From Candidatus Obscuribacterales bacterium (GTDB lineage Bacteria > Cyanobacteriota > Vampirovibrionia > Obscuribacterales > Obscuribacteraceae): a stretch of DNA of 64,000 nt. Below, in pieces: positions 62,884 through 64,000 of the stretch. Below the pieces are notes generated by a model. The model was not told where the DNA came from, searched no databases, and saw only the letters and a list, made by a program, of their open reading frames with translations. The position numbers were made by a program, and so were the translations under genes. How positions within the stretch are numbered: position 1 is the stretch's first letter; each line of letters starts with the position of its first letter. Where the stretch lies: assembly GCA_965228855.1 (NCBI GenBank), contig CBDDIJ010000002.1:480001-544000 (forward strand), in the 5' to 3' direction.

Positions 62884-63327
62884 AGCCGCCTTCTCAGGGC
62901 TAGACCCCGTTCGGCAAAATCTCTGCAGACCGAGCCGGGTCAACCTTCCTGACGATTCAGACGTGGCTCAAAGATTCTTATCCCGTATAGTAGCACGAGC
63001 AATACTAGCGCGAGCTGAGTCGTGCAGTAACAAAGCCGAAAAGGCTCACGGTTTCATATTGTATCTAGTTGTAAAGAGAATAGTTAATCAAACTTTTGAT
63101 GATTCAAAATATCCATTTCTGCTTGTCTAGATGTATCCACATCACTTCGATCTCTGAAGGCAACTTTCTCTCTAAAAACAGCGCCTCTAGCTCTAAATAG
63201 TTGCCTCTCTCTGAACGATTTGACCGTTGGTAGACAATCGCACGTTCGCACGTGGGGTTGTGTCGGTGGGTTCAATCCGCTGTGCGGGATGAATCCAGTG
63301 TCTTAGCTTTCGCATCAGGAGCGAATC

Positions 63328-63873
63328 ATGCAATTCTTCCGCATCAAAGTTGGCCAAGATAACGCACCGGTCATCGAGCCCTTCCTGGAATGGCTGCGTC
63401 TCGACGGCACGTCGTACATCTCGGTCGGCGGCTCCGGTCTGTCGTACATCTCGGTGGCACCGGAATTCCAAGCAGACGACCGCACCGGCCGCCTGCAGGT
63501 CGGCGACATTCGTCCCAACAGCCGCGGCGGTATCGAACTCTTCCCGCAGGGCATCATGCGCAACGGCGTGTTCATCCCGAGCAGCTCCGGCGCAGACGAC
63601 CGGGCTTTCGTGGTGCTCCCGTCCGGTGCCTACGACTTCCACGTCGACCGCGGTATCCACGCCGTTCCCCGGCGGGATCTGATGCAGGCTCTCAGCGTCG
63701 TTCTCAACCCCGGTGACGTCATCAAGGCTCTGCCGAAGGTGCGCACCATTCGCGAGATGGACGCCATCAAGCCGATGTATCTGCATTATCACGGCTTCTG
63801 CAAGCTGACGTTCTCGGCCGAGCAGCCCGCTGCTCTCACCGAGAACAGCAACGCCGAAGCCGCTCTCGCCTGA
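63328..63873 (+). CDS. Hypothetical protein
   Basis: AGGAG SD, 181 aa, strongly biased codons. Confidence 0.7.
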   Translation: MQFFRIKVGQDNAPVIEPFLEWLRLDGTSYISVGGSGLSYISVAPEFQADDRTGRLQVGDIRPNSRGGIELFPQGIMRNGVFIPSSSGADDRAFVVLPSGAYDFHVDRGIHAVPRRDLMQALSVVLNPGDVIKALPKVRTIREMDAIKPMYLHYHGFCKLTFSAEQPAALTENSNAEAALA

Positions 63874-64000
63874 CGCGTAACGCTTAGCGCAGTCCGCGCC
63901 GATGAGGTTCATCGCAAGATGAGCTCGTCCCGCGGCTGCGCCACCGTCCGCGTTTTAACCGCGCATCGCACAAGCGATGTGTATCCCATCAACATGGTGC

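Noticed and set aside
63124..63236. Possible seventh copy (TGTCTA 63124, TAGACA 63231)
   Set aside because: Spacing is not 40 nt and the inner hexamers are absent.

Overview
Bacterial chromosomal segment with about 43 CDS and no rRNA, tRNA, CRISPR array or transposase/integrase. The PrfB N-terminus and the GT4 enzyme look cyanobacteria-like, but no photosynthesis genes occur here, so a Melainabacteria/Obscuribacterales-type host is a weak inference. Two classes of genes are interleaved. (i) Ordinary-codon genes: ydgJ-like oxidoreductase, frameshifted prfB, IPT/TIG protein, fructokinase, thioredoxin, prolyl oligopeptidase, isoaspartyl peptidase, double MarR + RND pump, and a type III PKS/FAD oxidoreductase/YceI/YbhGFSR-like exporter cluster. 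(ii) Strongly G/C-third-position-biased operons enriched in proteolysis and AAA+ functions: an mxaCKLRSA-like MoxR-VWA module followed by two S41 proteases and a ParB-like protein; prkA-prkA-yeaH-spoVR plus a chagasin-like inhibitor; an accessory ftsH; a GT4 operon; HAD-YdcF. The main unexplained signal is a dispersed 52-bp palindromic element, TGTCTA-N7-WTGMCG-N14-CGKCAW-N7-TAGACA, present six times with invariant spacing. It is usually flanked at about 70-100 bp by inverted CTACTATA/TATAGTAG boxes. These boxes are often locally duplicated and abut the 3' hairpins/terminators of the class (ii) operons. This is a candidate undescribed cassette-junction (recombination) or antisense/regulatory system.
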